A stretch of 64,000 nt of DNA, from the NCBI GenBank assembly GCA_973895155.1, contig OZ316892.1:27055233-27119232 (forward strand). The letters run 5' to 3'. Below the pieces are notes generated by a model. It did not search any database and was not told where the DNA came from. It worked only from the letters and a program-made list of their open reading frames with translations. The stretch is from Marsupella aquatica. Lineage: Eukaryota; Plantae; Marchantiophyta. This document shows positions 11,090 to 22,488 of this stretch, in pieces. Numbering within the stretch: position 1 is the stretch's first letter; the number at the start of each line of letters is the position of its first letter. The translations under genes and the position numbers were made by a program.

Positions 11090-12743
11090 ATGCCTGGGAG
11101 GTGATGAGGTTTTTTCGTGACGGTTTTTTCCAGCATTCATTGTTGATGGCACATTCAGAGTTTTGTCGCATGAAACTTGAATGTGTGTGGCTGTGCGGAG
11201 AGGTTAGTGAGAGGGCTTTCTAACGGTGGTTAGAACTCGCTGATCGGTATCTGTGGTGCGGAGGAATTAAAGTTTGCGTCGTTCAGGTTTTATTCGTGTT
11301 CGACGGTATTTCGAGAGAGAGACCAGAGTTTGCATTTTTCAACGGTGTGAGCTGTGCGGTGTTCGGGGGATCGCATATTATAGCTCAAGTTGGAGGTTGA
11401 AGCGAGCTGGTCGTTTCGATAGCTGGATTGTTGCCGAGTTGTTACCGAGTGCGACGTGATGAGTGAAGGAGACGTTCAGGTTTTTTCACAAGCTATGGAG
11501 CTTGTTCACATCTGAACCGGGTTTCTCTTTGTGACGTACGACTCGGTGGAAGAAACGCAAAGTGCTACGACTCAACGGTTTGATTGCGGTGAGGCAATTA
11601 TTTTGAGCCCGGGATTGGCACTTGACGCGGAGTGAGTGTGACACGACAAAAAGTTTTTCCCACTGTGGAGCTTGCAGACCTAACCGGTGAAATTTGGCAA
11701 CTTTGGACCGTCGGCACTCACCTTTCCTTAGTGTAAAGAGCGGTTTTTTAAGGTGAGAACTCAATTTTTATTTTGGGGTTATTTTTTTGTTTTTAAGTGG
11801 TCTAAGGAGTCTTGTGTGTGTATACACACACACCCGACTCCCTCCCTTACCTTTCCCCCTCTCGGCTCCCCTCTACTCCCTCTCGCATACGTACGCGCGC
11901 GGCCATGAACCCCTGCGCAACGCCGGCCGACGCATTTTCTGCCGCCCGGCTGCTGCCTGACGGCCCCCTGCCTCGCCCCCCTACGACCCCCGCACCTCCC
12001 GTCGGCCTCGCCCCGGCCAGGCCCTCCACACTCGCCCGACGCCCCTCCCGCTGCCTTGGTATCCTGGCTGCCTGCCTCGCGACTCGCGGCAGCGACTCTA
12101 TTTTCACCCCGGCCTGGCCCTACGACTGTACGTGGCTGCGTACACAGCCACTCGTAATCTCTTTGTGTACCCGCGCCTGGCACGTCTCGCGATGCGGATG
12201 CGTGTTTTTTAACACGTATTTTCATTTAGGAGCCTTTAAGCCCCTTTAAGGCCATTTTCTTGTCATTTTGCTGCCGGTTCTTCTATTGGCTGTCCCAACA
12301 CCAATGACCCTCCATTTTAACCGCTCCGACAGGGGGAACGGCCCCCTATGAGACCTGCTGGATTGTGCGAGAATATTCCCAAAAAATAGAGAACTATTTT
12401 TTGGCCGTTCAACAAAGATTCCATCCGCCAAACGATAATTTTTTTGGTTTTTTTTTGGCGAGGACGTTGCTACTAGATTTAGCAACGCGGTGCACTGATC
12501 ACATCGTGATTCCGACGACGGGTGATACTTGGTAATTTGGTTATTCTCCGAGGTGGTCAAAAGGGGGGAGTTTCCCAAGGTTTTACACACCCCGACCAAA
12601 ATTTGAATAACTTTTCCGTCAAATTTTGATTTTGATTTTGGCTTTCAGTATTGGACTCCTAGCTTCGTGGGCTACGCGGCTGTGTTGAGTTTTGAGTTTT
12701 ATGAGAAGTTTTGAAAAAAGACATTTTTTTGTGATTGTTTCAT

Positions 12744-14803
12744 ATGAGTGATTCGAAGGATACTGGAAGAATTGGCATCGGTGGAGCTTCAGGATTGCGA
12801 CGATCAGACAGAGAGTTTGAGGAGGAGCTGCTACCGTTTGAGGAGGAACTTGTGACACCGGTACGATCACCGGTGCGACGTGCAGTGGAGGAAGCTATGT
12901 TACTACCAGAGCTGTCGGTAGTTGGGAAGAAGAGGGAGATGGCTAGATTTGGAGGAGTGAAGTTTGAGGTGGAGAAGTACGATGGTCGTACTGATTACTT
13001 GTTGTGGGAGAAGCAAGTGAAGGGTGTTCTTAGGGCCATGGGCTTAGCTCATCTACTTTCTTCGCGAGAGCAGTATGATGGAGAGGAGGAGATCTTAGAG
13101 AAGCAGTGGAGACAGGAGCAGGTGATTGTTGTTAATGCAGTGATGCTTTATCTGAAGCCACACATCATCAAGCAGCTGGATGATTATGCAGATTGCGCGT
13201 CACTGTTCAAGGCTCTAAGAGAGAAGTACTACCGGGAAGATGCGTCAGACCGGTTGTACAAGAAGTCTCTCTTGATGAGCCTCAGGCTCAAGAAAGGAAG
13301 CAAGATGCAGGATCACCTAGATGAATTTGATAGTCTAGCAAATCTGTCAAACCTGGGAAAAAGAGTTGAAGATGAGGATAAGGCCTTGCTTCTGCTAAGC
13401 TCCTTACCGTCGTCATATCAGGGCTTGAAACAGGTGCTCTTGTACATAGATCTGAAGTCCATTTTGTATAATGAGGTGGTGAGCTCTTTACTGTCTGATG
13501 ATGTTTAGAAGAAGCTGGGTCAATCACAGATAGCATCTTCTTCTGGCACTGTGCTGAATGTGAATCGTGAAAAACCAGCGCAACGCACGAATGGGCAGAA
13601 CAAGTTTAGATCTACATCACGAGGGAGATCTAAATCTAGAGGGAAATCGCAAGAGAGGAAGCCTCTTGCATGTTGGAGATGTGGCAAGCCTGGCCACATG
13701 AAAAGGGATTGTCGAGTAAAGGATCCTATTGCATCAGCTAATGCAGCATCGAGCTCGCATGAGGTAGATTTGCTCGATGATGATGACATATTGTGATGCC
13801 AAGGTTATGCTCTCAACGTAGTGTCAAATCCAGGTAGTGATGACTGGATTCTAGATAGTGCATGTACTTTTCACATTTGCTCTAGGAGAGATTTTTTCAG
13901 TTATTACACGGATTTCAACGGTTCAGTGTTGATGGGAAATGGAATCCCATGTCAAGTAGTTGGACTTGGATCTGTAAGATTTCAGATGTTTGATGGTGTT
14001 GTGAGAACGTTGAGGAATTGAGACATATTCTCAGCATGATGAAAAATCTCATTTCACTTGGAGTTTTAGAAGCAAATGGCCATCAGTGGAGTTCTGCTAA
14101 TGGTGTCCTTCAAGTTTCAACTGGTACTAAAGTTGTATTGAAGGGAAAGAGCCATAACAATCTATACGTTTTGGAGGGCAATGTAGTCTGTGATGAAGCC
14201 AATGTAACCTTATCTCATGAGGAGACGGCCCGGTTGTGGCACTTCTGTATGGGCCACATGAGTGAAAAAAATTTGGTTATTCTTCAGAAGAAAGGATTAT
14301 TTTCTAATTTGCAATCTTGTAAGTTGGAATTTTGTGAGCACTGTGTGTTTGGGAAGCAGCACAAGAAACCTTTGGAGTTGGAACTCACACCAGCAAGGAG
14401 GTACTTGAGTATGTACATAGTGATGTATGGGGTCCAGCCCCTACTCCCTCACATTCTGGACGGTTATACTATATCACGTTCATAGACGATTACTCAAGGT
14501 ATGTGTGGATATACTTTCTACATAGTAAGTCTGATGTTTTTGCCACTTTTAAGGAGTGGAAAGCCCAAGTTGAGAATCAGACTAGTAATAAGGTGAGATA
14601 TCTACGATCAGATAACGGCGGTGATACAATTCCGGGGAATTTGGAATGTATTGTAAGGAGTAGGGGATTACCCGCCATCTCACAACAAGTTATACTCCTC
14701 AGCAAAATAGTGTTTCTGAGAGACTCAACCGAATACTATTGGACCGCTCGAGGAGTATATTGAGTCAATCATGCTTACCACATGAGTTTTGGGCTGAAGC
14801 TGT
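12744..14803 (+). pseudogene. Copia gag-protease-integrase, 5' part
   Basis: KFEVEKYDG..W gag, LLLLSSLPSSY, knuckle CWRCGKPGHMKRDC, protease WILDSACTFHI, LWH..GH...CEHC, LRSDNGG; several stops and frameshifts; cut at FWAEA|V. Confidence 0.93.
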
Positions 14804-17800
14804 TGTGATGCCTAGACAGGAATCACTCGGCCGGTTAAGTGGGTAAAGCAGGAAGGCACCCTAGGAACACCTTAGTATAGTGACAAAACTAGGAAAATAT
14901 AAACAATTAGGGGCAACCATGGAACCCGGGCCGAGGCCGGAGGTAAGGCTAAGGGTGAAAACCCAATTAGGGTTAGGGCGCGTTAAGCGTCGGCGGCTAG
15001 GAAGGATCAACGGGAAGAAGGACCGGCAGAGGAGAGGGGTAAGGAGCGCTTGCAGGAGATGGTGGCTCATTTGCGAGCACGAACTAGGCAGACGACTACG
15101 GGAGGCCAACTACTGTCAGCTGCTTAGGCAAGCACTCGGGGAGAGAATAGAGATACCGACGATCGACCTAAGGAGGGTATGAGCAACGTCAATCAAGCGG
15201 CACATTTCTGGGGATGCCTGTTCGAACGGGCAACTGAGTACATCAAGACTTACGAGGACGAGGAGTCAGAAAGGGCAGCTCGAGAACGGCAGGAGCTCGC
15301 TCGATTGTGGGAGCTGCAGAAGACGGCTTTCTTAGGAGGCGAACTCATCAAGGACGAGTTCCTGTGGACGCCTACTTCCAATCAACTCGACGATCTTCTG
15401 TTTTGCAAAGACAGCGTCGTCGGCATCCGAGAGGCCATCAAGAACTGCAACGACATACATTGGGAATTAAAGGGTAGCACAGAAAGGTGGACCCAGGCAA
15501 CGGTGCTAGGAGAAACCTCCACGGCAGCAGAGATGAAGAGGAAGGGAGCCGTCAACGATGAAGCCACCCCGGCAAAAAGAACGAGGTCGGCGGCACCAAA
15601 GAAGCCAGCCGAGCAGCAGAGCAGGAGGCAGGGAGAAGCCGAAGAGGAGGAGGTCGATCCCATCAAGGCCATTCCAACCAGGGATGACACCTGGAAGGGC
15701 TGGGCGGCAACCCTACCGGTGGAGGTGCAACTACATTTTGCACGGGAGGAGGATGCATGCTTTACGGCCATGCAGACCAAGAAGTACCAAGGCTTCATGG
15801 CCGGATCCGGCTTGGAGGCCTTTGTAAGATTACCATGGCTGAAGCCGGAGGTACCGGAGTCAGACCTATTAGAATTCGTGGGGTCATGGGAACCCGAGAC
15901 CAATTGCACGAGGATATATGGGAAGGATTTCTATCTTACTCCCAAGGCAATAAGACCAAAGTTGATACCAGGAAGACCTTGCCTGACAAGGAGTTCCGGT
16001 CGTTCCCCGGGCCATCAACAAAGAATGGCTTCTTCCGGAACACCTGCACCAACCCGCACATAGGAGAGATGATCGACTTCTTGCGGGTGACCATGCATTG
16101 TAACTTGCCGAGGGCAGAGATCGGCAAGGCACAGGTCTATCTGGCAGAAAGGCCAGACCCAAGCCGGGACTACAACGGGTACCTCCTCAACCAATTGAAG
16201 AAGATCTTAAAGGAGGAGCAGCAGGTAATTGGCATGGGGAGCGTGTCGCGGCTTGGCTATCACATGCCGCTGTTGTGCCGGTATGCCAGAGGTCAGACTT
16301 TTGCCCCGGTACTTCCCCTGCAGGTAAGGGCACCCGAGGAAGCTCCAACGTCGAGGCCGTTGGCTGAGAAGCCTCAACCACCTGTTAGTCCTACGATCGA
16401 GCAGGTGTTTAGGCCCAGGAAGGAAGACTTGCCGATGCAGCAACCAGGCATGCAGAGTCTGCTGAAACTACTGGAGAAAGAAAAGAAATCGGCATCGGCA
16501 ACAACAACGGCAACGGCAACAATGCAGGACACTACTACAGAGGTAGGCCTACACCGGCTCACAAGAGAAAACCCCTTTGCTGGAGACAAGGAGAGAATCA
16601 GACCGGAATCCAAGCCAGGTGTTCGAATGTACGTGGGAACCTCAAGCTCTGAATCTGAGGCAGAATTGCCTGAAGCTCCTACCGACGAAGAGGAGAGGGA
16701 GAAGCCGGACGTCCAAGAGGTAGAGGAGGCAGTGGAGGACTGCAGCCATGATAATTCCGACTATGGGTCGGACCATCACGTTCCAGGAGTAAGGACCTGT
16801 GGCCGGTTTGTCCCCACACTTCCAAGGGTAGTGCGAGGGGACCCCAACCAGCAGAGTAGCCCTGAGTCTCCCCCACCAGATGTTGCTCCCCCGAGCTTCG
16901 ACGGCATAAAACAGACGGTGCAGGAATTTCAGGAGCGAATCAAGCAGGAGGAAGAGGCCGCCCTGGCTAAGGAAAAGGATTTACCAGGAGGAGATTGGCC
17001 GGAGGACATCAGGCGGCTAGCCGAAAAAGGAAGCAAACCTCTAGCCACGATTGAAGAGATCCGCAGGACGGCTTGGGAGCAAAGGCCACGATGGGCGATG
17101 CCGATCACTTCTACTTACTCCACCTACGCTAAGAATAGAGCCATGGAGTATGGTGAGATGTGTGGGGAACTTGCGCTCGGCATCTTTGGAGAGGAGTTGG
17201 AGGTAGGACCCTTTTTCCATAGGGAGCAGTTGGAGAAGCACCAATTAGAAGAAGCGGTGGCTTTAGAGAGAAGCAAGAAGGACGAGGTCATTCGGCAGCT
17301 TAGGAGGATGGAAGCCGAGATTGAAGATCTAAGGGCGGCCAAGAAAGCCCAAGATGAACTGCGGATTAAACGACATGAGCTGAACATCATGCAGGGGCAG
17401 TTGGACACCGCGCAGGCTGAAAATCAGAATATCAAGGATAAACTGACTCAGACGCAGGAAGAGTTGGCCGACACGATCAAAGAGAGGGAGAAGTGGAAGC
17501 AAGAGCTGAAGAATACAGAGGAGGCCCACATAACAGCCAACAGCCGGGCCATGGCGGAGACCCAAAGAAAGGAATGGGCGTTGAAAGGGGAGCTCGAGAA
17601 AATCCGCGGAGCCCTTGAGCAGAAGGAGGTCGAGTTAGGGAAATCCTAGCAAGGGATTATGGCGCTGCAGCAGGAGCTTGCGTCCGTGACGGCCAGCTTC
17701 AAGGCCGACCAAAGGGAGAAGGACGAGATGCTCGAACAGACTTACGCCAAGATGAACCAGATGGAGTCTGTCATCATTGCAGAGCTCGACAAGGAGCTAA

Positions 17801-19425
17801 GAGCAACCCAGGAGGAGAGGGCTACCTTGAAGAAGGAATTGGAGGAAGCCCACAGGGAGCAGGAGGAGGCCAAAAACGAGCTGGAGGGGGCACGTAAGGA
17901 CCTGGATGAAACCCAAGAGGAGTTGGAGGAAATCACGAGGAAGATGGAGAACCTACAGCGGCGGGCCGACAACCAAACAGAGCGGCTGAAGAAACAAGCC
18001 GCAGTATTTAAATGCTTAGCTGCAGTAGGTCCATCTCCCGTTGGGACAAACCAGTTACCAGGGGTGGTAATTGCCGAAGGACAAGCCGCGTCAACTGCAC
18101 CAGTGCCGGAAGTAAGTGGGAAGGGGAAGGGACCAGCTGCCGAGCCACCAACGAAGAAGAAGCGGAAACCTTCAGGGTCAAGGAGTAATACGACTTCACA
18201 GGCCGTGGTGATCAAGGAGGTAGACCCAGCACCGACCCCAGACAGGGTCACGGCTAGGGATCCAACTACCCTAGGGGAAGGGGAGGCCGAAGCCGAGGGA
18301 GTGGCTGAAGCCGAAGCCGAGGGAGTGACTGAGGCCGAAGCCGTGGGTATTGCCGAGGCCGGTGTCGAGACTGAAGCCGAAGGTGGACCCAGTCAGGCCG
18401 ATGGAGAGTTGACTCAGTCAAGGGCAGGTAATCTGTCAGAGAATGAACCTACGGCAGTGGCTGAGGAGGAAGCGTTGGGGGCGTCCATTAAGGATCCACC
18501 ACCGGTGTCGTGACGGTGCAAGGGCGCCGTTCCTTTTAGGGAGGGCGGACGTGGAGGGAGGAGGCGTGAGTGGGCAGGGCGGGCGCGGATCTCCACGTTT
18601 AGGATTAGGATCAGAACCAGGAGCGGCTCTGACACTTAGCTTAGTGGGATTGCGGTCCCATTGGTAGGAGCAACACTTGTGCTCCTGCCTTGCTGTACAT
18701 AGGTAGATTCGGGCAAGTAGATTACTGTTAAGTAGATTAGGCTTACGCTGCAAAGAATGGCGGATCCACTACCAGGATAAGTACCTGGGCAGCGGGGAGC
18801 TCAGGGCCTCTTCTTTAGCAAGTTTTTAGTTTGCACCAGCCGGGCTGGGATCAAGTAGTACGAGAAGCTCTCGGTTAGTCATACAGTGACCCTTGTGTAT
18901 ATTCATGTTTCCTCATGCCTAAGAGCTGAATAGAGTTGGCCTCACGGCTTAGTTCGCAGAACTTGTGTATGAGATGTACTATTTGTATGGCAAGTGCATG
19001 GTATGACTCAGTCAGAATGAGTCATTTTGCTATTTGTGTGTCGCATTAACTTGTGTGAAGAGTGCCCACATCAACAGAAGGAAGGAAAGTAAGCAGGGGA
19101 GTGAGAGTTGGATGTGTCGAGCTGAGAGAGGTCTTAGCGGCTTAACCAAGCCTATTGGGGATCATTCCGGCGGCGGAATCCAAACATACCTAACAAGAAG
19201 ACAGGGGAAGACAGGGGAAGGCCTATATTAGGCCGGCTACGTATCTCATGACCCGATGAAGGATCTGTCCAGTATATGTGTGTAAAATGTTAATAGTAGT
19301 AGTAGAAGGTTAGCAGCGTCCCATGCCGCTAAGCCGCGGAAATGGCCTCGCCAAGCACGAAACCTGCGGGAATCGGCTTGAGCTGGGGGGTTTCTTGGGT
19401 TTAGGGAGCCATGGGACGCACCACA
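14804..19425 (+). repeat. Gypsy LTR 1 (4622 bp)
   Basis: TGTGATG...CACCACA, TSD before and PBS after. Confidence 0.96.
14919..18513 (+). pseudogene. LTR-encoded ORF, LTR1 copy
   Basis: 2-bp insertion near 15150, shared 31-bp frameshifting deletion near 15947, TAG at 17647. Confidence 0.8.
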
Positions 19426-19429
19426 TTTT

Positions 19430-19447
19430 TGGCGCTATGTGGAGGGG
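19430..19447 (+). promoter_or_regulatory. Gypsy primer-binding site, possibly tRNA-Asn-like (also 30269-30286 and 41112-41129)
   Basis: TGGCGCTATGTGGAGGGG 4 nt after the LTR end; tRNA identity is from recall and unverified. Confidence 0.75.
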
Positions 19448-19494
19448 GCATTTCTTAAGCCGTGAGATATGAAGTTAGAACGGAAGCGTAGGTA

Positions 19495-22488
19495 ATGACT
19501 GACCTTACGCCGAGGGAAGAAAGAGTGATTCAACGGGAGAGAGCTCGACTGCAGCAGCTCGTCGGGTGGCATGATACACAGCGACTGAGAGGGGCAGAAA
19601 GAGCTGGTAGCTCCGAAACTGGAAGTGGCGTCGAAGAAGACATACCAGAAGAAGAGTCGGTAAGGAGAAGTGAGTCTCCAACCGACATGGGGGACCCAGA
19701 GGCACGGCCAGACGAGAGGCCAGGGACCAGATTGAGCCAGCGGTCGTGCATACATTACAAGGCATTTCATGGGAGAGGAGATGAGGATCCGGACGAATGG
19801 TTGGATGATTTCGAGGGAACCGCTGCAGCAAATGGAGAATCGGCCATCAAGATGCAGATTCTTCCCGGCCTGTTCAAGGGTGAGGCTAGGCCTTGGTACA
19901 GAGCATTAGATGTGGAAGATCAAGCCATCTGGGATATCTTCAAAACACTCTTTGTTAAGGAGTTTCGACCCATTGGAACTTCAGAACTAGCAGTGCTGAA
20001 GTTGGGACAACTTCGGTTCAAGGAGAACAAATCCTTCAGGAAGTTCTTGCAACGCTTTCAGAAACTGGTAAGACGTACAAAGACCAATGCATCTGAAGGT
20101 ATGCAACTTCAATGGTTGGTGAATGCTTTGCCACAGAAGATGAGTTTTGCAATTAGGAAGGAGAACCCGGAGACTTTAGCCGAAGCAATTAAGGATATTC
20201 AATTATACATTAATGCAGATATCACAAGCCGGAAGAAACAGCTTAAGTCTGAGAGTTCCTCATCAGAGGAGGGATCACCCCATAAGAAAAAAGATAAGAA
20301 GAAGAAACATCCCAAGAAGTCTAGAAGTGATAAGTCAAGCTCGGATAGTGGGAGTAGCAAGAGTGAGTCATCTTCTAGTTCTGAAGAAGAAAAAACTAGG
20401 AAAAGGAAGGGCAGAAGGAGAGGGAAGACGAAAGTCAAGATGGAGGCTAAGCCACCAGATAACATCGTAGCCCTTACCGAGCAACTTAAGGCTATCATTG
20501 CAGAGGTAAAACCAAAGAAGAAGGTAGTACAGGAGGATAGCTCTGTATGGTGTGCCTTATGTTATAAAACCGGACACCATAAAGATGCGTGTCCTAAGCT
20601 TAATACTAATCATGTTCGGCATGTGGCCGAGATCAGACCATGTCAGGGAGAAGTAGAGTACTTTTTAGGAGATGCCGCTGATAGTGTTTTCGGCATCAGT
20701 GAGACTGGAGCACGAGACCTATCCAACAGACCTGCATCTCTGTGGTCAGGGTTAAGGAACAATCCAGGAGAGATGTATCCTCGGATTATTCAGAACCCGT
20801 CAGTACCTCCTAGGCCGAATGTGCAAAGATTTGCGGCATGCTATAATTGTGGTCAACCTGGCCATTTTGCTAGAGAATGCCCGAATGCACGCAAACAGGG
20901 TGATGGACAACCAGCTCAGCTGTGTATGGGATGCCGACAGGAAGGTCATATGCTAGGGCAATATCCTACTTGGTTGGCAGGCCTGGCCGCAAATCATAAG
21001 CTTTTGCCGATCAAGATCTTACCGCCAGGTACTACCCCCAGAGGAGTTCAAATCAACCACATCGAACTAGGATGGCAAGAGGATGCCGAGGCAGAGTTCG
21101 TACCATCTGATGATGAGGCCGAAGCCCTATCAACCTTCTCAGAGGAGGATTTAGATCATGATTGCTACCGGGTCTCTACTCGATCTACCAGAAGGAAGGA
21201 AAGGTGGGATGGGCTGGCCAAAAATAAAGGGAAGGTTACGGAGGAAAGGATCGACTCTTCGTCAACATCAACAGAAGGAGAAGGGAGGGCTCCGGCAATA
21301 CAGGTAAGCCATGAGCCCACCAGTGAAACCAATCCTTCACAAGATAGCGACTTCAATCGAGATCATCCTAAGTTGTTCTACCCCTCTGTTACGGCTAGTG
21401 TTAAGGAACAACTAAGAGAATTAGAAACCCTGGAGAATACCGAAGCCATTGCCAAGGATGTAAAACGAGCAAAAGCATTGTTTGCTTCGGAAGACCCAAT
21501 AGCTGTGGAGACTAGCGTGGCAAAACTGGCCGAATCCAAGACGGAAACACCACCAGAAGAGAAGCCGATTGTTCCCTATGACCTGGCTAAAGATGTACTA
21601 GAATCTAGAGTCTCGGCAACAGTAGGTCAACTATTGAAAAATAGCCCGTACTTCCGGAAGCAATTAAGGAAGGCTATTCTCGGCAAGCCGAGATTACCCA
21701 AGGTAGCAACCAGATCCGACGTACTAATGATAGAAGAAGATCAAGGAGCCCCAGCATTACCATTAATGATTCAAGGAGAATTATTACTACGGGTACCCAT
21801 CGATGGAGGATCAGGGGTATGTATTATGATTGATTCAACAGCAAAAGGGTGGGGTCTAACACCGGAGATGACTGGAAGAGTGTTGAACATGGCCAATGGA
21901 TATCAGGTCATTCCGACGGGAGTGTTAACCGGCATCAAGACAGAGATAGGAGGTATCTTCTTTAGCATTAACTATGTAGTAATGAAGCCGGTAAATCCTA
22001 CGTCATTCCGGCTATTGATTGGTAGGCCATGGCTGTACCTAGCCGAGGTAATAGAAGATTGGGGTAAAAAGCAGTTCACTTTCGGGACCCCCTCTATCAC
22101 GGTATCCTGGGACACTAAGGATGACCGTAGGAAAAGCATAAGGGAAGTAGATGGGTACGATAGTGGACTGGAGTCAGCCGATGAAGTACGTTGGTTAGAA
22201 TGCCTCACTAACCTAACCGAAGAAGGTGTCTTTGGACCAGAGGTACCCCCCAGCAGATTATGGCAAGAACCAATGGAAGGTGACTTGGAAGAAGAAGACG
22301 AAGAGGTCGAGGACTGCTTTACAATAGAATCCACCTTTTTAGCTGCAATTCCGGAGGAAGTAAAGGATGTAGACCAATTGGATGAAACGGCTAAGTGGGG
22401 AGCAGTAGCAGGGATAGTGGATTTTCTGCAGGCGTTGTGGCAGAGCCGACGGGGTCCACAACGCCATCGATCATCGGCAAGGAATTAA
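19495..22488 (+). CDS. gag: Gag-protease polyprotein, copy 1 (997 aa, intact)
   Basis: FHGRGDEDPDEWL..GEARPWY gag core, knuckles CALCYKTGHHKDAC and CYNCGQPGHFAREC, protease IDGGSGVCIM..LLIGRPWL. Confidence 0.93.
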   Translation: MTDLTPREERVIQRERARLQQLVGWHDTQRLRGAERAGSSETGSGVEEDIPEEESVRRSESPTDMGDPEARPDERPGTRLSQRSCIHYKAFHGRGDEDPDEWLDDFEGTAAANGESAIKMQILPGLFKGEARPWYRALDVEDQAIWDIFKTLFVKEFRPIGTSELAVLKLGQLRFKENKSFRKFLQRFQKLVRRTKTNASEGMQLQWLVNALPQKMSFAIRKENPETLAEAIKDIQLYINADITSRKKQLKSESSSSEEGSPHKKKDKKKKHPKKSRSDKSSSDSGSSKSESSSSSEEEKTRKRKGRRRGKTKVKMEAKPPDNIVALTEQLKAIIAEVKPKKKVVQEDSSVWCALCYKTGHHKDACPKLNTNHVRHVAEIRPCQGEVEYFLGDAADSVFGISETGARDLSNRPASLWSGLRNNPGEMYPRIIQNPSVPPRPNVQRFAACYNCGQPGHFARECPNARKQGDGQPAQLCMGCRQEGHMLGQYPTWLAGLAANHKLLPIKILPPGTTPRGVQINHIELGWQEDAEAEFVPSDDEAEALSTFSEEDLDHDCYRVSTRSTRRKERWDGLAKNKGKVTEERIDSSSTSTEGEGRAPAIQVSHEPTSETNPSQDSDFNRDHPKLFYPSVTASVKEQLRELETLENTEAIAKDVKRAKALFASEDPIAVETSVAKLAESKTETPPEEKPIVPYDLAKDVLESRVSATVGQLLKNSPYFRKQLRKAILGKPRLPKVATRSDVLMIEEDQGAPALPLMIQGELLLRVPIDGGSGVCIMIDSTAKGWGLTPEMTGRVLNMANGYQVIPTGVLTGIKTEIGGIFFSINYVVMKPVNPTSFRLLIGRPWLYLAEVIEDWGKKQFTFGTPSITVSWDTKDDRRKSIREVDGYDSGLESADEVRWLECLTNLTEEGVFGPEVPPSRLWQEPMEGDLEEEDEEVEDCFTIESTFLAAIPEEVKDVDQLDETAKWGAVAGIVDFLQALWQSRRGPQRHRSSARN
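22419..22478 (+). promoter_or_regulatory. Putative -1 ribosomal frameshift signal (also 33258-33317 and 44101-44160)
   Basis: G GAT TTT in the gag frame, 5-nt spacer, perfect 10-bp stem GGCGTTGTGG/CCACAACGCC, loop GCCGA complementary to downstream TCGGC; lies in the gag/pol overlap. Confidence 0.75.

Noticed and set aside
11779-12249. ORFs in the GC-rich copia leader, likewise 61453-62260
   Set aside because: Low-complexity GC-rich DNA lacks stop codons; no protein motifs.
14971-14978. Telomere-like TTAGGG/TTTAGGG motifs near the LTR ends
   Set aside because: Only one or two units; common telo-box-like motifs, not a telomeric array.
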